Assembly: GCA_029777855.1 (NCBI GenBank)
Contig: JAKORL010000179.1
Location: 1,356-65,355, forward strand
Reading direction: 5' to 3'
Length of the DNA stretch: 64,000 bases
Source of the DNA: Pseudomonadota bacterium
GTDB taxonomy: Bacteria; Pseudomonadota; Gammaproteobacteria; JAIEPX01
A model generated the notes under the pieces. That model did no database searches. It was not told the DNA's origin and worked only from the letters and a program-made list of their open reading frames with translations. This document shows, one piece after another, positions 40,701 through 51,473 of this stretch. Every line of letters begins with the position of its first letter. Position 1 is the stretch's first letter. A program made the position numbers and the translations under genes.

Positions 40701-41168
40701 GTGGCTATAAAAAATTGGTTTAAAGTTCCAGTAGCTATTATGATCATCATTCGACAAGAAGACAGTGTCTTGTTGGGGAAACGAGCGAATACTGGATTTA
40801 AAGATGGATATTTCGCATTACCTGGTGGAAAGCATGATGGTAGTGAGCCCTTAGTAGATGGGGTGATACGGGAAGCAAATGAAGAGTTGGGAATTGTTTG
40901 TAGTGTGAAAGATGTTGAATTTCGTGGCATGATTCACGCTCAAATGCCTGATCCATTCAAAGAAGTGATGTATGTTATTTTTGAAATTGTGAAGTTCGAA
41001 GGATCTGTGATCAATAATGAGCCTCATAAATGTTCAGAAATCCAGTTTTTTCCTGTTGATCGTTTACCAGATAAAATGACGGATGTTTCGCGTCGATGTG
41101 TGTTGAACACTTTTGGGGGCATACAGTATGATGAAGTTGGCTGGGTAGAACCAGTGGATCTGGATTGA
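40701..41168 (+). CDS. NUDIX hydrolase
   Basis: Nudix box GGKHDGSEPLVDGVIREANEELGI. Confidence 0.8.
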   Translation: MAIKNWFKVPVAIMIIIRQEDSVLLGKRANTGFKDGYFALPGGKHDGSEPLVDGVIREANEELGIVCSVKDVEFRGMIHAQMPDPFKEVMYVIFEIVKFEGSVINNEPHKCSEIQFFPVDRLPDKMTDVSRRCVLNTFGGIQYDEVGWVEPVDLD

Positions 41169-41339
41169 ATGCCCTGACTTATGGGTACGTATAGTTATAT
41201 AATCAGTTAATGAGTAGTTGTTTAAGGAATATCCTCAACAGGTGATGTGGAGTCATTATTAATAGACCTGGCTCTTGAAGAGCAGTGGTAGACTTTCAAA
41301 AAAATCATTGTAAATATCAAGTTACTACGGAAATATAGT

Positions 41340-42527
41340 ATGCAATCAGATCTTGAATTACTATTTAAATATTTGGATGCTGGAAATTACGACGCATTTC
41401 AACGGGATCTTAAAAAAGAGCTTGTTAACAAAGTTTGGACAGATGTGCTCTATAATTATAGTTATGTACACTACACTTTTAGTGCTGTAAAAAAGAAAGA
41501 AATACAAAACAATCTTCTGATATTTAGGGCTATGTGGAGAAAGGCATATGGAGCGTTCAAATTATTACTTGAGAATGGTGTTGATCTACTATCGCAGGAA
41601 GTTTTCGAGACATTTGATTATGTCTCTGGAGGGATAAATACAAAGCCAATTATTTCAAAAACTGATATCGCAATTATTTGCATCTCAAATTCTGAGGATG
41701 ATAATTTTATTCAAATGACATTTGATCATATTTGTGAAAAAGGGCTTTATGAAAATCGTATTTTTATAGACTTCATGATTCGACATCTAATTCAGGTAAA
41801 TCGTGATAAATTCAATGTTAAATATTTAAAAATCGATGTTAGAAGTCCTTTGCCATTTTGTTTCAAAACAGTGACTGAATATAAAGATTTTCTAATCGAA
41901 GCTAATATTGACTTGACTGGTGTTTTTTTCGTTAAAGAAGATTATTTGAATTTCATTTTAAATCCCATGAGTGAGTTCGATAAAAATTTTTTGAATCACG
42001 CATTGTTGGTTTGTGACTTCACGCTCGATGAATTGAAACAAATTTATGAATCATTGGGGTTAGAGGATTTAAAATTAGTAGTAGAGAATTTCAATCCTGA
42101 GGTTAATACGGAATTCCTTTTTGCCCTAGATGCATTATGTCAGGCAGAAGAAGAAAAACGATCTCCACAAAAGAGAGCTCGCAGCGAAAGTCCTGAAATA
42201 CCACTGCCAGCTCCTTCACTACCTTCACCTTCAGAACATTCAGCGCCTCTACCAATCCCAAGTAAACCTGCGGTCGATATTTCGGCTGTACATCAACAAG
42301 AATTTAGGCACTTAACTAGTAGAATGGCAGCTCTTGAAAAACAGGAAAAAGCGTTAAGAGAAAAACAGGGGGCAAAAAAACAGCGTCAAAAAGATAAAGA
42401 GGCTCTCAGTTTAGTGTTAAAGAGTTTAAAAGATATTCGAGAGAGACTTTACAATAATCCTTGCTATAAAATAGATAGGGCAGATCAAAATGATGATAAC
42501 ATTGGTGAGAATAGCCCGGATATATAA
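41340..42527 (+). CDS. Hypothetical eukaryotic-like protein with Pro/Ser-rich segment, basic NLS-like motif and C-terminal coiled coil
   Basis: SPQKRARSESPEIPLPAPSLPSPSEHSAPLPIPSKP, then EKQEKALREKQGAKKQRQKDKEAL, and an acidic C-terminus. Confidence 0.4.
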   Translation: MQSDLELLFKYLDAGNYDAFQRDLKKELVNKVWTDVLYNYSYVHYTFSAVKKKEIQNNLLIFRAMWRKAYGAFKLLLENGVDLLSQEVFETFDYVSGGINTKPIISKTDIAIICISNSEDDNFIQMTFDHICEKGLYENRIFIDFMIRHLIQVNRDKFNVKYLKIDVRSPLPFCFKTVTEYKDFLIEANIDLTGVFFVKEDYLNFILNPMSEFDKNFLNHALLVCDFTLDELKQIYESLGLEDLKLVVENFNPEVNTEFLFALDALCQAEEEKRSPQKRARSESPEIPLPAPSLPSPSEHSAPLPIPSKPAVDISAVHQQEFRHLTSRMAALEKQEKALREKQGAKKQRQKDKEALSLVLKSLKDIRERLYNNPCYKIDRADQNDDNIGENSPDI

Positions 42528-43173
42528 GCAAGTTGAATTTGCGGATTATTAGAGACGTTCCTCTTCAGGGGAATCGATGGTAAGCACTAGGTTCACTATT
42601 TTGTTGGTTTGCTTTATAAGGAGCTTCGTTATCGTGGTTTGTGTTTGAGCCCACAGGATTAGATATAGAAAGTTCTCGCACTTTTCGAAAAGCTTCTTCA
42701 GCCATTCTTAAAAAACCAGCCATCTGAGCATTAATATCATGAGTTATTTGAAATGTATTTCTTAATACAGTGTTAGAGGCTGTTGTTGAATCATTGGTAG
42801 AATTTTCGGATTTATCATTCATAGGACACCTTCAATCAATTGATCACAAAACTTTATTGCCAGATTTTTATTAATCATTATATCATCACGTTAACATCAT
42901 ATATCTCAGAAGTAAAGTTGCTTTGATTAATACAGGATCTACTGGTTAGAATTTTTGAGGGTTGTCAAACAAATATATTGAATTTACTGCGGTTAATATA
43001 ATAACCGGGAATTACGAACGAGAATTTGTTAGACACCAAAGCTTTGTTGAGCTTTATCCCTTTTTGCTACTGTATTTGATGAGGGATTTTGGTAGTTTCT
43101 GTGACTTGTATGATAGGTAATATGTTGATAACATCTTGATTTACTTCTAATTTAATTTATCTGAGAAAACCCC

Positions 43174-45054
43174 ATGGATTTTAATAAGACATTTGATGTG
43201 ATTGTAGTAGGCGGTGGGCATGCGGGAACCGAGGCGGCGCTGGCGGCTGCTAGGATGGGAGCTCAAACACTGTTGTTGAGTCATAATATAGAGACGCTGG
43301 GCCAAATGTCGTGTAATCCCGCCATCGGGGGGATAGGTAAGGGGCACTTGGTCAAAGAGATTGATGCGCTGGGCGGGATTATGGCTCGTGCAATTGATCA
43401 AGCGGGCATTCAGTTTCGTATCTTAAATGCCAGTAAGGGGCCCGCAGTTCGGGCTACACGCGCCCAAGCTGACCGAGTACTCTACAAGCAAGCCATTCGC
43501 CATGCGCTCGAGAATCAGCCTAACTTAACGCTGTTTCAACAGGCTGTTGAAGATCTCATTATTGCCAATGGTCGTGTTAGTGGTGTTGTCACCCAGATGG
43601 GATTGAATTTTTACACCAAGACGGTTGTGCTGACTGCGGGTACTTTTCTGGGTGGCAAGATTCACATCGGGCTATCCAATTATCGTGGAGGACGCGCCGG
43701 AGATCCACCGGCATTGGCATTAGCTGAACGGTTGCGAGCCCTACCCTTTCGTGTTGATCGCTTAAAAACAGGGACTCCCCCGCGCATTGACGGGCGTACC
43801 ATTGATTATTCAGAATTACAAGAACAGCCCGGTGATACTCCAACGCCAGTATTTTCTTATCTAGGTAATGCAAAAGAACACCCTACCCAGGTAAGTTGTT
43901 TTATTACTCATACAAACGCAAAAACACACGAAATAATTCGCACAGGATTTGAGCGCTCTCCCCTTTTTACAGGAATTATTGAAGGTACAGGTCCACGATA
44001 CTGCCCATCAATCGAAGACAAAGTGGTGAGATTTGCAGAAAGAGACTCGCATCAAATTTTTATTGAACCTGAAGGCCTTACTACGCACGAAATTTATCCG
44101 AACGGAATTTCTACGAGTCTCCCCTTTGATGTGCAAATGGCTTTTGTACGTAGCATGAAGGGTTTTTCAAATGCGCATATCACGAGACCTGGTTATGCTA
44201 TTGAGTACGATTATTTTGATCCGCGCGATTTGCACCCTTGGTTGGAAACGAAATTAATGCCGGGGCTATTTTTTGCTGGACAAATTAACGGCACTACAGG
44301 TTATGAAGAAGCCGCAGCTCAAGGATTAATTGCGGGTTTAAATGCTGCACGTGTTGCTCAAAATTGCTCAACTTGGTACCCAACGCGTGATCAAGCTTAT
44401 ATGGGTGTTTTAATTGATGATTTGATTACATGCGGTACGACAGAACCTTATCGTATGTTCACATCGCGAGCAGAATATCGGTTATTACTGCGAGAAGATA
44501 ATGCTGATTTACGATTAACCACTATCGGTCGAGATCTTGGCCTTGTTGATGATGAGCGATGGAATGCATTTACTTCTAAAAAAACTAAAATCGAAGAATT
44601 ACAAGAACGACTCAATAAATTTTTAGTTCGCCCAAATTCAGAAATCGCAACTCGGTTTCAGGAACGATTTAATACACCTCTAGAACGAGAATATTTTGCT
44701 GTTGAATTGTTACGTAGGCCAGAAGTCACTTTAGATGGCTTAATGGAAATTCTAAATGATTCAACTGAACTCTCTCCTACTGTAAAAGAACAAGTTGAAA
44801 TTCACAATAAATATGAGGGCTATATCAAACGTCAGCAAGAAGAAATCGATCGGCAAAAACGTCACGAAGAAACAGTGTTATCACATCATTTTGACTATGA
44901 AATTGTGAGTGGGTTATCAACGGAAGTGAAACAAAAACTCAAATCTGTCCGCCCCACTACTCTTGGACAAGCAGCTCGAATTCCAGGTGTAACACCTGCA
45001 GCGATTTCATTATTGTTAGTGCATATTAAAAAAGGTGTTCATACAAGTTGTTAG
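43174..45054 (+). CDS. mnmG: tRNA uridine 5-carboxymethylaminomethyl modification enzyme MnmG (GidA)
   Basis: FAD-binding [14 protein letters not shown]. Full-length conservation over 626 aa. Confidence 0.95.
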   Translation: MDFNKTFDVIVVGGGHAGTEAALAAARMGAQTLLLSHNIETLGQMSCNPAIGGIGKGHLVKEIDALGGIMARAIDQAGIQFRILNASKGPAVRATRAQADRVLYKQAIRHALENQPNLTLFQQAVEDLIIANGRVSGVVTQMGLNFYTKTVVLTAGTFLGGKIHIGLSNYRGGRAGDPPALALAERLRALPFRVDRLKTGTPPRIDGRTIDYSELQEQPGDTPTPVFSYLGNAKEHPTQVSCFITHTNAKTHEIIRTGFERSPLFTGIIEGTGPRYCPSIEDKVVRFAERDSHQIFIEPEGLTTHEIYPNGISTSLPFDVQMAFVRSMKGFSNAHITRPGYAIEYDYFDPRDLHPWLETKLMPGLFFAGQINGTTGYEEAAAQGLIAGLNAARVAQNCSTWYPTRDQAYMGVLIDDLITCGTTEPYRMFTSRAEYRLLLREDNADLRLTTIGRDLGLVDDERWNAFTSKKTKIEELQERLNKFLVRPNSEIATRFQERFNTPLEREYFAVELLRRPEVTLDGLMEILNDSTELSPTVKEQVEIHNKYEGYIKRQQEEIDRQKRHEETVLSHHFDYEIVSGLSTEVKQKLKSVRPTTLGQAARIPGVTPAAISLLLVHIKKGVHTSC

Positions 45055-45092
45055 ATGATCCGATCTTTTGATATGGAAATCATGTAAGGATA

Positions 45093-47105
45093 TTGATTAT
45101 GCATAATCACCATAATGCGGAGCATCACATGAATCACCTTCAAATGGGGCATGGATGCCACGCCGGAATGGCAGGTGATTTTAAAAAACGTTTTTGGATC
45201 TCGATAGTCTTAACAATACCCGTCTTAATTCTGTCGCCTATAGTTCAAAAATTTATTTTATTAGGGAAGACATTTGCTTTTAACGGAGACAGCTCAGTTG
45301 TTTTTGTTTTATCTACTGTGATTTATTTTTATGGTGGTTGGCCATTTCTCAAAGGTTTTTATGATGAATTGATTGAGCACAAGCCTGGCATGATGGTTTT
45401 GATTGCCGTAGCCATTTCGGTAGCATACTTTTATAGCACAATGATTGTTTTTGGTCTTTCAGGCATGTCATTTTTTTGGGAGCTTGCAACATTAATAGAT
45501 ATTATGTTGTTGGGGCATTGGATTGAAATGAAATCAGTTATGGGTGCAGGTACTGCCCTTGAAAAGCTGGTGCGATTATTGCCAGCGGTTGCCCATAAAA
45601 TAATGCCTGACAGTACGATCAAAGATGTGCTTTTGAGTCAATTAACGATGGGTGATCATGTCTTGATCAAGCCAGGAGAAAAAATTCCTGGGGATGGGAT
45701 TGTGTTAGAAGGTAAAACAAGTGTTAACGAATCGATGCTAACAGGCGAGTCTCGGCCGGTTGCAAAACTAGTTGGTGCCCAGGTCATCGGTGGTTCTATT
45801 AATGGGGAAGGTGCAATCACAATTGAGATAAAAAAAATCGGCATGGGTTCTTTTCTTTCGCAAGTGATCGAACTCGTGAGACAAGCTCAAGAGAGTAAAT
45901 CAAAAACACAAGATTTGGCTAATCGCGCCGCCAAGTGGCTTACTTTAATTGCTTTGGGTGGAGGTGCTTTAACATTACTGATATGGATATTATTACAGCA
46001 ATCATTTTCTTTTGCTTTAGAGCGTACAGTCACTGTGATGGTGATTACCTGTCCTCATGCGCTTGGTTTGGCTGTTCCTCTAGTTGTTGCTATATCAACT
46101 GCGATTGCTGCTTCGCATGGTTTGTTAATACGAAATCGTTCCGCATTTGAAACCGCGCGTAATATCGATGCAATTGTATTTGATAAAACAGGGACATTAA
46201 CAGAAGGAAAATTTGGCATAACCGATGTATTGATTTTCGATAAAAATTTAAATCAAGATGAATTGGTGAATTATGCTGCGGCAGTTGAGGCGAATTCTGA
46301 GCATTCAATAGCAAAAGGAATTGTGAATTCAAAGAAAAGCGTACTTAAAGTCGAAAATTTTAGAGCCATACCTGGAAAAGGAGCTCAAGGAAATGTCGAT
46401 AATAAAGAAGTTAAAATTGTTAGCCCGGGATATCTACGTGATGAAAATATACATTTAAATAAAGAAGATGAAACGCATATTATCAATTTAAGTCAGCAAG
46501 GAAAAACAGTTGTATTTGTCATGATAGATAATGAATTAAAAGGCGCAATTGCACTGGCTGATATTATTCGGCCAGAATCAATGGAAGCAATTAAACAACT
46601 AAAGTCAATGAATATCCGCTGTATAATGTTAACTGGGGATAATAAGCAAGTGGCTAAATGGGTTGCTGAATCATTGGGGCTTGATGAGTATTTCGCAGAA
46701 GTGCTTCCTCAAGATAAAGTCAATAAAATAAAAGAAGTTCAGGGGAGAGGATTGATTGTCGGAATGACTGGCGATGGTGTAAACGATGCACCCGCTTTAG
46801 CACAAGCCAATGTGGGGATTGCAATTGGTGCAGGTACAGATGTCGCTATTGAGACAGCTGATATCATATTGGTTAAAAGCAATCCACTGGATGTTGTTGC
46901 GATCATCACACTTGCTCGAGCCACAACCCGTAAAATGATTCAAAATCTTCTATGGGCAACAGGATATAATGTCATCACTATACCTGTAGCAGCAGGTGTA
47001 TTGTTTCATTATGGTATTGTACTATCACCAGCAGTCGGGGCTGTTTTAATGTCTCTTAGTACAGTTATAGTGGCGATTAATGCTAAAATGCTCCGTTTAG
47101 CATGA
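45093..47105 (+). CDS. P1B-type heavy-metal-translocating ATPase (CPH-type, CopB-like) with His-rich N-terminus
   Basis: N-terminus HNHHNAEHHMNHLQMGHGCH. TM6 CPH motif. DKTGTLT. TGDN. GDGVNDAP. Confidence 0.9.
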   Translation: MIMHNHHNAEHHMNHLQMGHGCHAGMAGDFKKRFWISIVLTIPVLILSPIVQKFILLGKTFAFNGDSSVVFVLSTVIYFYGGWPFLKGFYDELIEHKPGMMVLIAVAISVAYFYSTMIVFGLSGMSFFWELATLIDIMLLGHWIEMKSVMGAGTALEKLVRLLPAVAHKIMPDSTIKDVLLSQLTMGDHVLIKPGEKIPGDGIVLEGKTSVNESMLTGESRPVAKLVGAQVIGGSINGEGAITIEIKKIGMGSFLSQVIELVRQAQESKSKTQDLANRAAKWLTLIALGGGALTLLIWILLQQSFSFALERTVTVMVITCPHALGLAVPLVVAISTAIAASHGLLIRNRSAFETARNIDAIVFDKTGTLTEGKFGITDVLIFDKNLNQDELVNYAAAVEANSEHSIAKGIVNSKKSVLKVENFRAIPGKGAQGNVDNKEVKIVSPGYLRDENIHLNKEDETHIINLSQQGKTVVFVMIDNELKGAIALADIIRPESMEAIKQLKSMNIRCIMLTGDNKQVAKWVAESLGLDEYFAEVLPQDKVNKIKEVQGRGLIVGMTGDGVNDAPALAQANVGIAIGAGTDVAIETADIILVKSNPLDVVAIITLARATTRKMIQNLLWATGYNVITIPVAAGVLFHYGIVLSPAVGAVLMSLSTVIVAINAKMLRLA

Positions 47106-47124
47106 TAGTATAGGGTTATGCTAT

Positions 47125-49449
47125 ATGAAACACTGGAAGTTTATGAATTTAAAAGTTCGATTATTTGCCTGCCTTGTGCTTACATTAACTATTTTCACTC
47201 AAAATGCATTTGCTGCCGATCGGATCATCGATTTAGTAGTAGGATATAAAAAAGTAAATTTCGCTGGAAAAGAAAGGTTGGCTATGTCCGTGAACAATGA
47301 GATACCAGCGCCAACATTAAAATTTAAGCAAGGAGATCATGTTCAAATTAATGTCTATAATCATCTCGATAAAGAAACCGCTATCCATTGGCATGGCATT
47401 ATTCTACCATGGCAGATGGACGGAGTCTTAGGCGTTAGTCAACAAGGAATTCCTCCAGGGGGCGTTTTCCATTATCGATTTACACTGAATCAAGCGGGGA
47501 CTTATTGGTATCACGCACACGCCGGATTGCAAGAGCAAGAAGGGTTGTATGGCGCTTTTGTTATCGACCCTCGGACGCCCAGCCAATATCATGCAGACAA
47601 GGATTTTGCCGTAGTATTATCTGATTGGAGTAATACGCCTTCAGATCAAATTCTGGCTAATCTAAAAAAATCAGGCGATTACTACGAATCTCTATTTCCT
47701 TTGCAGCCATCTTTAATAAAATTTTTGCATGATTATCAATGCGCTTCAAAAAAAGAAAAAGAAATGCTGTTATCAGATTATAACATGATGCAACAAATGC
47801 GAATGAGTGTTTATGATTACAGTGACGTAGCGTACGATGCTTATTTGCTGAATGGGCATACAAAGTTTTCTCCCTGGACAGCACCTGTTAAAGTTGGTGA
47901 TATTGTACGATTGAGATTTGTTGGTGCTGCGGGTAGCACCATTTATCGCGTTAAAATACCAGAATCTAAAATGAGGGTTATTCACGTGCAAGGTAATGAT
48001 GTGAAACCATACGAGATAAATGATTTCACAATCGCACCAGGCGAAACTGTGGACGTCTTAGTAAAAATTCAAAAAAAAACCCCTACTATAATTTATGCTG
48101 AATCGAATGATACACGAGGTTCAGCTATTGGAGCATTAATAACCGACACTAATAAAAAAATTAATATTAGCTCGGTTCAGCCATTCAAAGAGCCTTTGCC
48201 TATTTCACGAACCATGATGAAAACAATGATGGAAGGTATGTCACATAATATGCCTATGGATATGCCCACTGAGTCGACAATTGTGGGTGATGAAATGTCC
48301 CGAAAAAGTGTTTCATCTAAAACAACTCACAATACTCAGTATGAAAAAGTAGTCGCCAAAGAGAAAACAAACGATCCTTATAAACCCATAGACAGAGTGA
48401 TAAAAATGGAATTATTCGGTTATATGGATCGATTTATTTGGTTTATTAATGGTGTTCCCGAGTTTAATGCTAAACCTATTGTTTTTGAGCCTGGAAAGCG
48501 ATATCGATTCATCTTTATTAACACTTCCATGATGAGCCATCCCATGCATTTTCATGGACATTGGTTCATTTTCAGAAATGGTCATGGCGAATATGATCCG
48601 TTGTTACACACTATTAATATTCCACCCGGCGCTACTGTTGCTGCAGATGTTGATGCAGATGTGAGTGGTCAGTGGCTATTTCATTGTCATTTGCTTTATC
48701 ATATGATGAGCGGAATGGCACGTGTATTTCAGTATTCAACGTTACTTGATGTTGTAAAGCATAAAAATACACCACAAAAAAGTATCATAAGTTCTCATTA
48801 TATCAACCGACCAATAGTGCATGTTGATGAAATTCGACCTATTAATATTGATCAAGTGAATCATCCAATGCCACATTTAATGAAAACCAGTTTTTCGACA
48901 AATTTAGATGTGGGTGTGAATCCCTTACGCAAGGTGCAAAAATGGGGTTTAAAAGGCCTCTATGGATCTGATTATCACAAACTCGAATTATATACTAATG
49001 ATGCTGAAATTAATAATGGGAAGATAGAAAATGCGGATATCGATTTATTTTATTGGCATTTAATCTATCAATTTTGGGCCATAAAAGGAGGCTTGAATTA
49101 TACGATTAAACCGACAAATACCCCTTATCTTCAAATGGGAATAGGTATAGAAGGAATGATGCCCTATTTTATCGGAACCGATTTGAGAGCATATTATCAT
49201 TCGGGGGTGTTAAAAATTGATTTTGAATTATCTCGAGATACTCAACTGACTAACAATTTTTTCTTACGCACCGCAGTACGAACTATCTTAGAATCGGGAC
49301 TCGATCAGGTGCGATATATTATCCGGCCATATTATCGCTTGAAACCTGGAATTGATATATTTGTCGAATATGAACATGAAAAGGATTATGGCCATTCATC
49401 TGCCAAGTCAACTTTAACCGGCGGTGTATCTTTTGGTGTCGCATCTTGA
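47125..49449 (+). CDS. Multicopper oxidase (CopA-type) fused to a C-terminal CopB-like copper-resistance outer-membrane domain
   Basis: Signal peptide. MCO motifs HWHGIILP and HCHLLYHMMSGM. Met-rich segment MMKTMMEGMSHNMPMDMP. The C-terminal ~230 aa resemble the CopB family (FYWHLIYQFWAIKGGLNY...GGVSFGVAS). Confidence 0.7.
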   Translation: MKHWKFMNLKVRLFACLVLTLTIFTQNAFAADRIIDLVVGYKKVNFAGKERLAMSVNNEIPAPTLKFKQGDHVQINVYNHLDKETAIHWHGIILPWQMDGVLGVSQQGIPPGGVFHYRFTLNQAGTYWYHAHAGLQEQEGLYGAFVIDPRTPSQYHADKDFAVVLSDWSNTPSDQILANLKKSGDYYESLFPLQPSLIKFLHDYQCASKKEKEMLLSDYNMMQQMRMSVYDYSDVAYDAYLLNGHTKFSPWTAPVKVGDIVRLRFVGAAGSTIYRVKIPESKMRVIHVQGNDVKPYEINDFTIAPGETVDVLVKIQKKTPTIIYAESNDTRGSAIGALITDTNKKINISSVQPFKEPLPISRTMMKTMMEGMSHNMPMDMPTESTIVGDEMSRKSVSSKTTHNTQYEKVVAKEKTNDPYKPIDRVIKMELFGYMDRFIWFINGVPEFNAKPIVFEPGKRYRFIFINTSMMSHPMHFHGHWFIFRNGHGEYDPLLHTINIPPGATVAADVDADVSGQWLFHCHLLYHMMSGMARVFQYSTLLDVVKHKNTPQKSIISSHYINRPIVHVDEIRPINIDQVNHPMPHLMKTSFSTNLDVGVNPLRKVQKWGLKGLYGSDYHKLELYTNDAEINNGKIENADIDLFYWHLIYQFWAIKGGLNYTIKPTNTPYLQMGIGIEGMMPYFIGTDLRAYYHSGVLKIDFELSRDTQLTNNFFLRTAVRTILESGLDQVRYIIRPYYRLKPGIDIFVEYEHEKDYGHSSAKSTLTGGVSFGVAS

Positions 49450-49536
49450 GTTGTTAGATGTTTTGCGAATTCGATCATATAATCAGAGGTAATTGTTGAA
49501 TTAAATATTAATTTTAGATGGTTTTGGTGGGTGGCG

Positions 49537-50508
49537 CTAAGAATATTTCGACAAAATATAATTGATTAAATCACGAATATCAGAACATTGAATCGGTTTT
49601 TTTTCTGCATCGGACCTTTTTAGGCAATCAAGTAGTGATGTTAGATTTAAGAGATCAATGGTGGAGTTCCAGTTTTCGGGCAGTTGGAGGCCTCCATCGG
49701 TTAACCCGAGAATAAAGCAATTTTGAAATGCGGGTGGCATTTTATGGGCGTATCGCAACATATTAGCGACGTCCCACAAGTAAGAGCCTGAGAAGGCAAA
49801 TTCCCAATCCAGGATGCCAGATATATGGCATTTATCATTTGTTTTATCTACAAGAATATTAGCTGGATCAAAATCTCCATGGACAAGATATCGCTCGTTT
49901 TCATCGGGGAATAAGTGTTTATTTTGATTGATGAAATTGGATGCATCTTCGATCTTTTCAAGTCCGAGCACGGCAATGACATTTTGGTTAGATAAGCACT
50001 CTTCAATATGCGCTGATAATTTTTCAATAGATGCGCTGCCGGATATAACATTTAAATTTTTATCAAAAAAGCCAGATGTATTAAAACTGTAGGATATAAT
50101 ATTTGATAGTATTTTCCCTGCGTCATACATAATTGCCTCAATATCGTAAGGAACATTACCCAGTAGAAAACTTCCCAGGTGTCTCCCTGGTAATAACTTT
50201 GTAATGGCAAATGTATACCCATCAATTTCGCCTACGTAAAATGTAAGAGGAATCGGTATTTTATCTTTTAACAAAGTTCCTAGGTTTTTTTCTCGAATAG
50301 CAGCATCATTATCATGTATGTAGATACGTAAAATATGAGAAGTAGAGTCTTCCATATCAATTTTAATATTTAAATTTGCACATCCTTCTGGAATTCTTTT
50401 GTAACTAGCCAATTTTTGTTCAGGGAATGCCTTTTTCACCATTTTGTAAATGGTTTTTTCGGGCAATAAAAGCTGCGAATCATTTTTTTCCCAATTCATT
50501 TTAAACAT
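49537..50508 (-). CDS. Aminoglycoside-phosphotransferase (APH)-fold small-molecule kinase family protein
   Basis: The catalytic-loop motif HGDFDPANILV and the downstream D (ILDWEFA) are typical of the APH/choline-kinase fold. Confidence 0.65.
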   Translation of the reverse strand: MFKMNWEKNDSQLLLPEKTIYKMVKKAFPEQKLASYKRIPEGCANLNIKIDMEDSTSHILRIYIHDNDAAIREKNLGTLLKDKIPIPLTFYVGEIDGYTFAITKLLPGRHLGSFLLGNVPYDIEAIMYDAGKILSNIISYSFNTSGFFDKNLNVISGSASIEKLSAHIEECLSNQNVIAVLGLEKIEDASNFINQNKHLFPDENERYLVHGDFDPANILVDKTNDKCHISGILDWEFAFSGSYLWDVANMLRYAHKMPPAFQNCFILGLTDGGLQLPENWNSTIDLLNLTSLLDCLKRSDAEKKPIQCSDIRDLINYILSKYS

Positions 50509-50648
50509 TGATTATTACCAGTGTCATAGTGATCTTCAAAACGACTGTCCGTGGACAGGCATCTATGGAGAAACACGATAGCACTGATTCTTCACATAGA
50601 TCTAGTCTCTTGAATATAGGATTGATCAAATGATAGTCTTGAGGGTCT

Positions 50649-50738
50649 GGAGAGGTGTCCGAGTGGTTTAAGGAGCACGCCTGGAAAGTGTGTGTACGGT
50701 AAAACGTACCGAGGGTTCGAATCCCTCTCTCTCCGCCA
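50649..50738 (+). tRNA. tRNA-Ser (anticodon GGA), long variable arm, CCA encoded
   Basis: GGAGAGGTGTCCGAGTGGTTTAAGGAGCACGCCTGGAAAGTGTGT...GGGTTCGAATCCCTCTCTCTCCGCCA. D-arm GAGTGGTT, anticodon loop CTGGAAA, long extra arm, T-loop GTTCGAATC. Confidence 0.85.
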
Positions 50739-50777
50739 TTTAGCAAGAACGAAGCGAGCCCGAAGGGTGAAGACCAG

Positions 50778-50866
50778 GAGGGTCTGAATAATCCTCTCTC
50801 TCCATAGTGAATAACAACATTTGTTGTTGTTTTATTAGGTGGCGAGGAGAGGGTGCGAACCCGCTC
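50778..50866. repeat. tRNA-Ser-derived fragments. One is a direct copy of the tRNA 5-prime flank and 3-prime end with the middle deleted (50778-50803). The other is an inverted, degenerate copy of the T-arm and acceptor end (50840-50866).
   Basis: gagggtctg...tcctctctctcc mirrors the flank and 3-prime end of the intact tRNA. TGGCGAGGAGAGGGTGCGAACCC resembles the reverse complement of GGGTTCGAATCCCTCTCTCTCCGCCA. Confidence 0.4.
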
Positions 50867-50994
50867 AAAATCTACCCAACATGTCTGTTTCTAATAAAGA
50901 TCTTGCTGTTTTTATTTTGAAAGATCGTGGATTTTACAGAACATCTAACAACTAAAGATGCGACGACGAGGAAGGACGACGACAAGGAGAAGTT

Positions 50995-51441
50995 ATGCGC
51001 GTTTTGCTGCAAAGAGTAAAGCAGGCTCGGGTCACTGTAGATTCGAAAATAATCGGTGACATCGGGTCTGGCTTGTTGCTATTGATTGGCATTAGTCATG
51101 ATGATAACGAGGTCTGTGTTGATCAAATGGCTGAGAAAATTGTGAATTTGAGAATTTTCGAAGATGAGAATGAAAAAATGAATCTTTCTGCGTTGGATGT
51201 AGAAGCAGAAATTTTGGTAGTATCCCAGTTTACATTGTATGCCGACACAAGTAATGGTCGCCGACCGGGCTTTAGTCTTGCTGCGAAACCGGAGTATGCT
51301 GAACCTTTGATTCATTATTGGGTTAATGCATTACACAAGCTGGGAATTACAAAAGTGGCCACAGGTGAATTTGGTGCCCATATGGAAGTGGAGTTAGTCA
51401 ATGATGGGCCAGTGACCATTATGTTGGAAAGTGATGTTTGA
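50995..51441 (+). CDS. dtd: D-aminoacyl-tRNA deacylase
   Basis: MRVLLQRV...ARV. GLLLLIGISHDD. The conserved SQFTL motif and the C-terminal MEVELVNDGPVT. Confidence 0.9.
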   Translation: MRVLLQRVKQARVTVDSKIIGDIGSGLLLLIGISHDDNEVCVDQMAEKIVNLRIFEDENEKMNLSALDVEAEILVVSQFTLYADTSNGRRPGFSLAAKPEYAEPLIHYWVNALHKLGITKVATGEFGAHMEVELVNDGPVTIMLESDV

Positions 51442-51473
51442 ACACTGAGTGATCTTACAATAAGGCAGGGAAA

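Noticed and set aside
50825-50880. Possible intact minus-strand tRNA gene downstream of tRNA-Ser
   Set aside because: The reverse complement carries a T-arm and acceptor-like 3-prime end (GGGTTCGCACCCTCTCCTCGCCA), but no D-arm or anticodon arm with proper pairing could be built. It is treated as a degenerate tRNA-derived fragment.
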